Below, in pieces: positions 52,901-64,000 of a stretch of DNA of 64,000 nt. A model generated the notes under the pieces. That model saw only the letters and a program-made list of their open reading frames with translations, made no database searches and had not been told where the DNA came from. Where the stretch lies: assembly GCA_965655095.1 (NCBI GenBank), contig OZ296649.1:129022001-129086000 (forward strand), read 5' to 3'. This DNA is from Haplodiscus bocki. Taxonomy: Eukaryota. Positions within the stretch are counted from its first letter, which is position 1, and each line of letters starts with the position of its first letter. Both the position numbers and the translations under genes were made by a program.

Positions 52901-55820
52901 ACCTTATTCAAAAAGGTTCCGACAAAAATTATCCGGGATCGACTCCGTCAGCAACGTTCTATAGAAATCAGTGCCAACTGTAACATTCGAACCACCAGTG
53001 AAATTGATCAATAAGTTTATGATAAGCGATGTATTTCCTTAACAACTTCCTTTATCAACAAATCTCTGTTTCTTGAAAAGAAAATCAGAAGATAAAAAAA
53101 TAGTTGAAAGCTATTTTTACTACTGTTTTCATCAGTAAAGTTTTCCACAGATTTTTCAGTAGATTTTATGGTTACGTAGAAAGTAATGACGTCATCTACT
53201 GCTGATAATTTGGAGAAAAGCCAGAGGACACTGGTCACAATTGCTGATATAACTGAACTAATTTAATGTCATAGAGACTGTTTTTCGTTTAATTTTCCTT
53301 TTCTAGATCTCAAGAAATCATTCAAAAATCTCAATCATAGTATATGGATCGAAAAAGTAAAGTGGCTTGTCTGGCAACTGCAAAAATTGGCTCAAAAGCC
53401 TTTTTTGCAGATCTATACCAGTAACTGCAAACCATTGGTCAACAATCCTATTGGTTTTACTCAAATTGCGGGGCTCCACAAGGTTCTTTTTTGGTCTATT
53501 GCTGTTCTTGGTGCCTAGTGTTGGCATGAATTGAGAACCCTATCATTTTGCCGACGTTTTTTCGTGAGTTGGAACAACATGTTCGGAAAAAAGCTCCGGG
53601 ATGATGTTACACGTCTCTTTTGGTGGTTTTCAGGGTGATACTTGACTTTAAAAGTACAGTACGCAATTTGCATAAGGTTATCCCCAAATAAGTATCCTGT
53701 TATTCTTTCACTATGCATTATGACAACCTTGCTTTCGAAAAGTCAAAAGAACACCGCGGTGCAATTCTATAATCAATTTGAGGTTTTGAGTCACACAGTT
53801 ATGATTTCAGGCACAATTAGAACCATAAAAGAGTTTTAAAACTGAGGTATATTGTGCCCATATGTGTACTCATAAGCTTTCGTCACTCAAATATCAATTT
53901 GTTCATTCAACATGGAACAACAAATTATGGTTGTGGGATCCAAAAGGCACTAGGCGACAATTTCAAAATGCAATAAAGAAAACTCCTACTTTTGATCTTC
54001 CGAGGATCACGGAGAAATACGTTTGTGAACTGCTCGAATTTGTTCCACGTTCGTTGTTAAACCTGCGTTCAAAATTTTTGTCAACTGACTGTTTTTATTT
54101 TTTATTTACAAATCCGGCCATAAGATGAAGACAGTCAAGTTACCTTTACCATAGCCAAAGTTCTATAGTAACTTTTGAAGGATAGAAGTTCTACATTATT
54201 CAACAACCTCTTAGTAAGCACTATATTTTCGATAGCAATTTTGCTTTTTGTCAAGGTCAGTCATATATGTATATGAGTTAGTGCACAGCATAGGACACGT
54301 CTAAAAACTAAAGAAAAGTGAATTATTCAACTACAATTTTCCTGGGTAATAAAACAAATCTCTTTCTGATTTTTTTAAACGCTCCACTGACCCCATGACG
54401 GTAAACTGCAGCTTTGCATACCTTATGGCTTTGTGCGCAAATTTTGGTTGGTTTAATTATATTTCACTCTTAAGGCTTTTATGAGTCCGGGTGATATCTC
54501 GTCGAAAGGATCATGTTGTTCATAGAGCTGGGGTTTGGGGAAGAACGGACGTTTTACCACAGGATTCCTGGGATGTGAGTTGTCAGACTATGGGTCGGTG
54601 GATCTTGTTTTGTTTGGTCTATTTTTCCTCAACTCCGTTTTCTTGAAGAAAAGTATCAGTAGGGCTTCAAAGCACTTGAGCAGTGTATGCAACTTATTAC
54701 AGTTTTTGTGAAATATAAAGGTCAACTTCATCCTCTTAGACATTGAAAAAGCGTAACATATTTATTTTTGGAACGTCTGATTGATTTTAGCATCAGGCTG
54801 TTTAATATTTGCTATCAATTTTGGATCATGGGTTACAATGAAGAGGTCCTGTGCAACCCGTTTGTTGTCCAATGTGTTTTGATTTTGTTTCCTAAATAGG
54901 AAAAATTTGTATGAATCAATATGAAAAAGAGTTATTGTTCTACTTCAAAAAACTTTGATTTTCGAATTACTGCTTTGTGAAAAAATTGTTTCGTTCTAAA
55001 AAACGAATTCAGATGAGCGTGACTCCTCAGCAAAATGTTCGTGTGAGTCTTTGATCGAGACTAAATCTATGTGTTTCTCCAAAATATTTCATTTTCAAAC
55101 ATTGTTTCAAGACTAGCCAATTTTTTGCAACATTCGTTGCAAGTCTGATTGTATGTTTCTGAACTTTTTCAATAGATACGCGCGAAACTGAAACATATAG
55201 AATGATCATGCCCAAAAATATAACCAAAGTCTCACTAATTAATCTACGATTGCCGATTGCCTTTAGAATTATAAATAATTCGATGTCTTTCGATCATCTT
55301 GGACATTTTTTATGGTTAATAGATTGTTCACACACTGTAGATTTTTGAACACGCTTTACTTGTGAGTTGATTTGAAATAGCTTTATTAGAAGAGCTATTC
55401 AGATTATTGTTTCAGTAGGTTTTCCAATTTGTCAAGGTGTCCGTCCATAAAAACGTCTCTTTTAAGAAAGAATCCTTAATATTAAAGTAGATTTTGTTTT
55501 TCTAAGACCGCTGCAATCACAAAATTTCAACAAACGTTATATGGCCTAGTATAGGATCGCTAGGACTTGTGGCGTCATGGAAAGGACTCAAAGTATGGAA
55601 AGGTGATATAAGACGTACAAATATTCCGTTTTTTTTCCAATAGCGAGTAGAGAATTTTTTTGTGATACACCCTCACATATTTTGTGCCCTACAGGCAACT
55701 CTGACTTGAGCCTTCCTGGCTGGCTTGTCGTTCCCTAAGGCTCCTGAGCTCCTTTTAATTCAATCCAGTACAATACAGAAACTTCAAAAAATGCTTGCTG
55801 GTTTTCGTCCGTTTACTCAG

Positions 55821-57089
55821 CACTGTAGAACTGGCTCGTGCAAAATTACCTGCAAATGCAAGTAAGTTTACCTGCAAACCGCATGTAAAAAAGCCCCACA
55901 CGCAGTTAACTTGCGTTGCATGCAGTCTACCTGTAAAAACAATTAAAATTATCTGCATCTACGCGGGAAGCACCTTATATATAATACACCCGAATTACCT
56001 GCAGCCGCATGAAAATTTACCTGAATATAGCAGAAATTTGACACGTAATTTTACATGTCAAACTCACGCGACTTCGCCCGCGATTTGGCGCACAAAATTG
56101 GCTAATTTGCGGGCAAAAATACCTGCAGTTGCAGACAAAAATACCAAAATTCCAGGCAATACTATCATCACACCGCGGGTAAAATCACCTGCAAATTGCA
56201 GGTAAGTTAGCCTGCACTCTGAAAGTGCAGTTACCCGCAACTTGCGTGCTTTATTACGTGTGGCGGTGAGTGGCTTTGCAAATAAATTACGGGTAGATTT
56301 ACATGAGTTCCGCATATAATAATACCTGTGGAATATCCACTACATTCAGGTAGAGTCACATGCGGCTGCATGAACTTCGCATGTATTCTGCTAATCGGCT
56401 ATAAAATTGTTGCCGGCTTTCATACAACGTGATCACTTTTTCTAGGAAATTGGATTTTACAACTTTTAAGGAACATTGCCCTGATAAAAAGCAACTCTTT
56501 CTGCTCTTTACATGGAACCCAATGATTTTTACAGATTCAGTAGCATTATATCTTTTAAAATCTACTGTGTTTTCATTTCAAGTAGTATCTGCTTGTATTT
56601 CAACTTTGTAAGTGTCTTCGCCCAAATTTTGATTATCTCTGACATTTTCTGTCACTCGAAAGATGTGAAAAAGTGACAACAGTCAGTTCCTGATTAATTT
56701 TGCCAAAGATGAAATTTTTTAGCGAACTGCACTTTTTGGACAACAGATTGAACAACCGATAATCCAACAGTCCACCCTTTTCGGAATAAAGTTATTTTCG
56801 AAGGATTCACCATTCATTTCAAAGGCTGCAAGTAGTTATTTTGGTCAAATTATTTGGTACTGGATAAAAGGAAGCGTCACTATGTTTGAAAATTGCAACC
56901 CTAACACGCATAAAATAGGCTTCACGTAAATTACCTGCGGGTGCAGGTACGTTTCCGCCAGTTACCTGCTTAAACTGGAGGCAATCGTGACCTGCAGAAA
57001 ATTTTCCTTGCATGCGCAGGGATTGTTACTTGCGGAACAATTTACCTGCAATCATCGCAGGTAAATTCGCACGCCGCAGTTTTACAGTG
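55821..57089. mobile_element. CACTG-ended CMC/EnSpm-type MITE with 2-bp TSD
   Basis: TIRs CACTGTAGAACTGGCTCGTGCAAAATTACCTGC and GCAGGTAAATTCGCACGCCGCAGTTTACAGTG; AG on both flanks; many TTACCTGC subterminal repeats. Confidence 0.85.
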
Positions 57090-57347
57090 AGAAAAGTCAA
57101 TTTTTATAAACCACCAAAGTTTCCAGATGCAAGCTTTGGCGGCCGCAAAAGACATTCATTTTCCGACAAAAACTTGGAAAAATGTAATACGCTTATTGCC
57201 ATCGCAAATTTTTTTAGACATGAAATTTTTTTCAACGCTGTTTGAGTACTTTGAGCCTTCCGAGTGGCACCGCGTTGTCACATTCACCGCCTTCTTTTTT
57301 TAATATTTATTTCCAAGAAGTTTTGCACAATAGTGTTTATGCTCTAG

Positions 57348-57584
57348 GAGCAGATAATGCTTCTGCAAGGTATTGGAGGTGCTTTTCCCCGAGTCGTTCT
57401 GCCCATAGCATCTGCAATTTGGCCAATCAAGTTCTTCAAGTGCTACCCCGTGAAAGGAGCTGCTCTGGGTGTCTGTTTTTTGACTAGTTTCGCCCTTTCT
57501 GACCCTTGGTCCTACTATGTGCTTTCCTTGGGAGTTGGCTTCTCCAATGGACTCGCAGCAAGTTCAGCATTTAACGTAACCCAG
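57348..57584 (+). CDS. SLC16-like transporter exon 4
   Basis: Acceptor TAG (alternative CAG gives a start at 57354); TM8-10 LLQGIGGAFPRVV...GVGFSNG; donor CAG|GTACAG, phase 0. Confidence 0.85.
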
Positions 57585-58109
57585 GTACAGTCACTTTGTC
57601 GCTTTTCACATTTCATCCAAACCAGCGGTTAGAGCAAATATGGCACGCTAATGCGTTTACACTCGAATGATGTTAACTCATTTTTGTTTATTGAAAGTGT
57701 GGATTGGAAATTGCTTGAGAAGTGTTTAAAATTAATTAACATTATGCGAGTGGCACTCTTAATTTAAGGTCAGAAACTGCCTTAGCAATTTCTATTTTAT
57801 AGCTAGTTGATGCCCGCCGTTACGTATCCGGGAAACCAACATGTTTCTACAGGTTGGTCAAAATCATATATCATATACGATGATATTTCACTTAATGATT
57901 GTTTTAACCAAATTGGTAAAAAAAATCAGCCAATTTATCAATACTAGGCACACCTATAGTACATGTACAGTCACTTTGACACCTTCAAAAAATGTGGATT
58001 GATGGGGAATTTAATTTTCCATGACCAAACAAACTGTTTGTATTTTAAAAGCGTCTCAGAAAGACTGAACGAAACTGTAGCAAACTTAGCATATGTAATT
58101 TTTCCTCAG

Positions 58110-58312
58110 GAAGTTGTGGGTAAGAAGGGCAATGGTTTCACGTGGGTGATGTTGGCTCAAGGCATTGGCTGTGTTTGCGGGCCTGTGGTTGGCGGACTCA
58201 TCTATGACGCAAGTGGCTCTTACAGACTCGCTTTTGAAATAGCTTCCACCATGGCCTGTATCTCAGCCACACTCTCAGTCCTTGCCGCCATTTCCAGGCA
58301 CTCCAAAGAAAG
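58110..58312 (+). CDS. SLC16-like transporter exon 5
   Basis: Acceptor TTTTTCCTCAG; GPVVGGLIYDASGSYRLAF matches the SLC16 TM11-12 signature GPP.AG.L.D..G.Y...F; donor AG|GTAAAA, phase 2. Confidence 0.9.
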
Positions 58313-58562
58313 GTAAAAACAAATTAGGTTTAACCAGAATGAAATGGATGTAAAATTGCTTGGAATTGGATACATACTTGTATACTTTCTAATATGTCTG
58401 TGCAGATATTGAAGATATTACGTGAGGAAGTAAGAGAAGGGTTTTGTACTATTGGGGAAAACTGTATTTTTAAAGGCTAAATAACTATATGAACACTGAT
58501 GGTATGCAATGAAGACTTCGTTGCTAAAACTTTTCATCAGCTAAACTTTGCTATTGTTGTAG

Positions 58563-58697
58563 GAAGAAGTCGATTCATGAGAAAAAGCAGAAGAGGGCAC
58601 ACAGTTCCAAAATGGTGCCCCTGGAGTCTCTCTCCGAAGTGATCTACCTCAGACGAAACTCCACCTCGTATCTCATGTTCGAAAAAAAGGCAGACAA
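58563..58697 (+). CDS. SLC16-like transporter exon 6 (cytosolic tail)
   Basis: Acceptor TTGTTGTAG; open in phase (RKKSIHEKKQKR...FEKKAD); donor AA|GTAAGC. Confidence 0.7.
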
Positions 58698-59373
58698 GTA
58701 AGCGCATTGCTCACTCTCAGTCCATATATGACGTGCGACAAAGTCCGAAGTTTGCGACATCCAGATTCGCATTACTCTAATGAAATGTAAATCTAGAATA
58801 TCTTGGTAATACTTGGTATTAACAATTTTACAAGAAAAATTATGAATCGTTTTTAAATACTTGAAAACTTAAATTTTCAAACCATTTTAAAACATTATTG
58901 CTATGAAAAGTCTTTTCAAAAAAGTATTACGGTCCCTAAGCGCTTTTAATATAACGATTTACTCGTATTCGGTCACAAATGTAACAAACTTTTATGAAAA
59001 AATTGAGCGAGCGTTGTTTCCGAAATCTCAAATTCAGACAATTGGTAAGTTTACGTTAACAAAACGAGGGAACATTTGAGTTGAACAAGCCAAAGCAAAA
59101 ACAACTTTTATAAGTGTTCTAAAAGTGACGTCAAAAAATTGGTTTGTTTTCAGGTGAAGTTTGAAATCCTACCATCACTAGATATATTCAAAAAGTCACA
59201 AAAAATCAGATCAATGACAAACCGATGTATGCAAATACTTGAGGCAGTTTTAGCGTTTGTTTATCGAAAAACATTAAAGTATGCGAAGAATGACAAAAAA
59301 ATTGGTTCCCGCTTTTCAAAAATGATCTGTGTTTGAATGAGTGTACTTATATTTTCTGTTGATTTTGTTCCAG

Positions 59374-59590
59374 ATACCAATTCAGCAAAATTGTGGACAG
59401 GCCACGCCACATTAACGAGAATCAGTTGCATCGCGAATCGGTTGATATCGACGAAATGTTCCATGGAAAATTCGAAGTTAGAGCTTCACATCTGTCGTTT
59501 GACTCAGAAGATCCCTACACTGCCAAAGAAAATTCCTCTCACTTCTTATCTCACAAAAGTGACTCGAGTGTTCACTCTAGAGATGGATAA
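59374..59590 (+). CDS. SLC16-like transporter exon 7 (terminal)
   Basis: Acceptor TTTTGTTCCAG is phase-compatible; ends SVHSRDG-TAA. The seven exons total 1773 nt, or 590 aa plus stop. Confidence 0.65.
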
Positions 59591-59857
59591 CAAACGAAAC
59601 TATCTCCATAAAACTCCTCTCGTAGTCTGGAAAATCTAATCTGTTCCCCCTTCTGATTTCAAGTTGATTCCCAAAAAATCGCTTCGCGAAACAGAGCTTA
59701 AACGGATTTGATTTTTCCTGGTTGCATTCTCCGAGGATCCGGCAATTCTCAAAGCAACAATCATCTTATAGAACGTTGAACGATTTATGCTAGCGTAATT
59801 AATTAATGTTCTTCAAATTTCTTTTACCTCAACTGTATAGCTTAAATTGAACGGTAC

Positions 59858-61327
59858 TGTCGTAGCCATCTTCTGAACCAGAGTTTCGCGTAGTCTAACT
59901 CTGAGAGATGCTTGCTTCAGGATGAGGATCACTCTGGGAGTCGTCCTCGTTCGTTCCCTGGTTTGTGCCATATGCGTTCCGGGACGTCTCTGGAGCGGAT
60001 CCGGAGTAGCCTTAAATTAGCGGGTTCAGAAGAAACTCGTCAAGCCGAAAGAGGGCACCTAAAATGCGGCTCTCCGTTCCACTGAACACCTTGCACAGCT
60101 TCTTTGTTACTCTACCTTCGATTTCTTCGGAGACTTGAGTCATATAATCCTCTTGTGATTTGGAAACGTTTGTGTTTTGTGCCCGGTTACTCCTGGGATA
60201 TTCCTCACAATTCTCCTTGTTAAGGGCTGCAAGTTTTCACTTATTTCTCAGAGTAGCGAATGTCTACGGGAAAACAATGGACAGCGATTAAGACTGAATT
60301 ATATTTTTATGAAGGAAATTAACTTGTCAACAGTTATAATGATTGTCGAAAGAAAAACAAAAATTGACTGACTAGTTCGTTAGCAGTATCAAGAACAATC
60401 TTATCCTGGTACCTTCATTTCTCCTATTTACACCTCTATCTTGGCATGAAAGCCAAGACACAAGTAGGAAAAGTACTCATACAAAAAAACAACATCAAAG
60501 GCTGAAATGCCAACTCAGGCGGGAAATAAACACTTTCCATCAATGTCTTCCCTCACAGGACGCGTCCTTTCCACTTTTCGACAAAAAATGGACGGATCTA
60601 GTCCGTCAGAAATGAATATCAAAGTGCTTATTCCCGCGCCGACATCTCATTTTTTTTAAAAGGCTCCTTTCATTAATTGGAAAATAGAGGAGATAAATGC
60701 TGAAAAATTCCAGCAAATTCAAGGAGTACTAGCAACTATTATAAAAACGGGAAAATAAAAAAAAAATGTTCATCACATTCAGGTACATTACGTCACAAAT
60801 TAATTCGCTAACAATTACTCTTTAGAAATGAGGATAAACCAGTAGCACTACTAGCCTACCCCTCATTCATACGAGTTGCGACTAGTGGTTTCCGGATATT
60901 TCCGTAGCCACCAGTATTATCAATCAAAAGAGGCAGGTGGTGCTCAAATGAGGAGTGAATACGGAATCACTCCGTATTCACCACATCACTGCAGTACGGT
61001 ATAGTTTTTAGAGTGGAAGTGACGTCACCACACTAGTACCGACGGAACACGTACGAAACAAATATGCACTCCGAGACTGAAATACACTGCAATTGAGTCA
61101 AACTACTTATAGCACCAATCTCAATAAAAGCACTGTTTAGATTTGCACTTATTGCAATCAATAAAAACTTGCACTGGAAATGTGGATTTTTTAAAAAAAT
61201 GAGTAAACATATTACTACAATAATAACAATAATAGCACCTTTCAGGTTAAAAATACTCTAAGAATACTCGTTTGCTCCGTAACGGCTCGGTTCTAGTCGG
61301 GATCAGACTAGTAAAGTGTTCCGTACA
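59858..61327 (-). mobile_element. Solo LTR-like element (~1470 bp)
   Basis: The minus strand starts TGTACGG and ends CTACGACA. No PBS follows. It contains a 134-codon gag-like frame. The TSD is only imperfect (GTATC/GTACC, with a 1-nt offset). Confidence 0.55.
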
Positions 61328-61749
61328 AGATACGTATCAGTATTTTTAAACAGTAGTTGTAAATGTGTCTGAAAGTGTATTAATCCAATGCAAGTTGAAG
61401 TTTCATTGTGAGTCCTGGGTTGTCTCATCTTCAGGCAGGGGATAACCGCAGGCTTCACAGAAGTGCTGCGACATACTCGATAGATTGTGAATCAGCAACT
61501 TGAACAATAGGTAAAAAGAGAACCTAAAATCAGGGTTTGAAGCAATCAAATTTATCATAGTTGCAAAAAAGTACTTGCTTTGTCAGCATGAGTGAACTTT
61601 GTGGAAGTTAGGAGCGAGAAAAACAGGTGACAATTGAATACTGAAGTAGTTAAACAATATGTTGGAAAATGAACAAGCAACGCAGCAAGTAGTAGTTAAT
61701 TTAGAGTGACACTGGTGGGTGTAATGTGTAATAACATAGGCAAGCTACC

Positions 61750-63700
61750 GCAGCAAAAAAAATTACCCCTCCCTCTTTCGATCTCGAACTTCAACGATAC
61801 TTTGATCCAAGACAATTATAGATAGACAAAAAAGAATTGTCACTAAAGAAAACTACATTTCGTGTAAAACGTATCGTGTACCAATTACATCCAAAATGGT
61901 GAAAACTAAAAGTTATCAGAAAATTACTATGAAAAGCATTTAGGTCCGGAAAACAACAACATTGCCAATTCTCAGTTCAGTTACAACGTTAGAATGCACA
62001 AAAATGAAGCTGAATGAACTCAAGGTGTTATGAACACACAAAAAATGAAATTGGTATCAATTGAAACGATTGATAGCAAAACGAAAGGCCACCACTACTC
62101 CACGTGCTAACACTTTCACACAGCAGTGTCCAAAAAAAATACTTTCTTTTTAGGTGCCAAAATTCACATCCGAATATCTGGAGGAAACCAAAGATATCGT
62201 CAGACAGTTTTCATGAGTCGAAAATACATCCAAAGGAAAAATTAAGTCTGGAATATGAGCAAAATTGGAGTTGATGAAGAATTTGAAAAAATGTTACGAA
62301 AAAATTGCAGTGAAATTAATGGTCCAAATCTGAAAAATGACTTCAGTTAATAATTTTTCTGAGTGAACCACACAACGAAAAAAGCTTGTTATGGTCTTCA
62401 ACGGAAGATATATGGACGTCCTAATGTCTATAGAAAGATAGCTTGATTTCACTACCTCCTTTTAAAGAACGAGAGTTGAAAATGTTGAAAAAAATACTAC
62501 AAAAGCCCAAAAACGCCAGAAATTTCAAGTTTTTACCTGTTAATCAACGAATAGGCAACAGAACATGATCAACTACTTGCAATCAAAGACATGTACACAG
62601 TAAAATGGAACGACTAGAAAGAGCGATGACTATAGAACAAGCCTCGCAAGCTATAAATTGACGCCCCACTAAAAAGCAGCTAGGTATATTCACTGATTTT
62701 TGACAAAATTGACTTGCAAAACGGCTAGCCTCTCCGCAGGCCAGGAAAAATAAAAAACTGTAATTCTAACACGATGTTAAAAACAACTTCACTTAGCATC
62801 TTTTTTGGTATTTCACCTGTGCGTTGAGAAAGTTGACTTTGAAGCTGGACCCAGGTAGTCAAAAATGGCAGTAAAAGTTAATTTTCTAAGAATTTGGAAA
62901 ACTTTTTGTTGAGAACAGCAAGAAAATTTTTTTTTCATTAAGAAACTCCTCCCCGAATGGGCTAATAGGAGATAACCACGCCCGCAGAAAAATGATCTCA
63001 ATGTGACCAAAAATCGGCCTTTTTACCACCTGCAAGAAGAGACTTTTTTCGACCAATAATTCTGAAAAATTGTTTAGCAAAGCATATACCGCCAAAAAAT
63101 ACAAATAAACAAATATTTAATGGTGTGATTTTTGTACACTCCCCATTTTCATGTTGGACGCAGTAATTATTTGATGTTTCAAAAAAATTAGACCTTTTTC
63201 TGACAGTTTCTTTGCATGAAAATTATAATGAAGCTAGGCGCCGAAAATATTTTATAGTTTAATCGGATTTTAAAAAAAAGAAAAGCTGGCATATCAGTCG
63301 AGATATGTTTGCAATCCAAATTTGCAATATTACGACTTGAAACGAAATGATGAAATAACAGTCATTTGACTCTAATGACGACTTTTTAGTGGAGACGATC
63401 ACCAAACATCTAGTCATTGTCTTGAACTTCACACCCAATTGATGGCGATTTACGCGAAAAAATTGACAATTTGGGAAAGACAGAGACATGGCTTTAATTG
63501 GTGTTTTTCAATTATAATAAATGACGATTATGTGCAGAAGGGTTGATATTGGAAACGAGTAAAATGAATGGGAAAGTTAACTGACTAGACAAAAAGACAA
63601 CCATGGAGCAACGAAAAAATGACATTTTCGGCACAGAAAGAGGAATGGAAGTAAGAGAACCGTTTGCTTTTTTGCTGTCACAGATATAAAAATTAATATC
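61750..63700 (+). pseudogene. Third, very decayed pPolB relic related to the 15-18 kb copy
   Basis: Ordered traces MKLVSIET, VMVFNGRYMDV (ExoII), AMTIEQA, HDV, LKL and RRVDIG (post-insert region). Confidence 0.4.
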
Positions 63701-64000
63701 TCATTCAGGGACTGGAGACAAACGTTTTGTTGTACGGACTGTTAGAAATGGTAAGTCGGACTTCGATATATTCTTTTGAAAAGTTCTTCTTTGACACCGT
63801 GAGATGCAGGTTAGAGAAACTTTGGTGCCCCAGAGGTAGCTGAACCGTGGATTGTGTAATTTTGTGTCCCAAGTGGTGGCTGAACCGTGGATAGCAGTCC
63901 GGAACTGTTTTTCACTTCCCTCCACGAAAGTTAGAGAATGGAGGCGAGTTTTTAAAAAACAACCTCTTCTTTTCATCAATCATTTATCGGTTGGATAACC

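Noticed and set aside
58311-58701. Alternative C-termini from stops at the exon 5 and 6 donors
   Set aside because: Phase-2 GTAA donors automatically create in-frame TAA, so this is not evidence of regulated isoforms.

Overview
AT-rich animal (invertebrate) genomic DNA, mostly decayed mobile elements around one intact spliced host gene. The repeat content reminds me of acoel flatworm genomes, but I cannot verify the species. Left part: a 49-bp hairpin array next to a minus-strand promoter, then a ~14-kb fossil Maverick/Polinton (endogenous dsDNA virus) at ~3.75-17.96 kb. Its core genes are still readable despite stops and frameshifts: protease, major capsid, small core protein, penton, rve integrase and packaging ATPase on the minus strand, and protein-primed PolB on the plus strand, cut off by a degenerate Ty3/Gypsy element. 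Middle: a DINE-1/HINE-type Helentron derivative carrying nine ~120-bp tandem repeats and a tRNA-like Pol III cassette, a second HINE, and minus-strand Gypsy fossils. Right part: a 7-exon, ~590-aa divergent SLC16/MCT-type MFS transporter (41436-59590). Its 13.9-kb third intron holds a 1933-bp tandem duplication, a CACTG-ended CMC/EnSpm MITE and another PolB relic. Downstream lie an antisense solo LTR containing a gag-like frame and a third PolB relic. The best leads are an adenovirus major-late-promoter-like architecture in front of the Maverick structural cassette, the tRNA-like gene inside the HINE, the hairpin array and the LTR-embedded ORF. All homology calls are by-eye motif recognition with no database search, and the boundaries of fossil genes are approximate.
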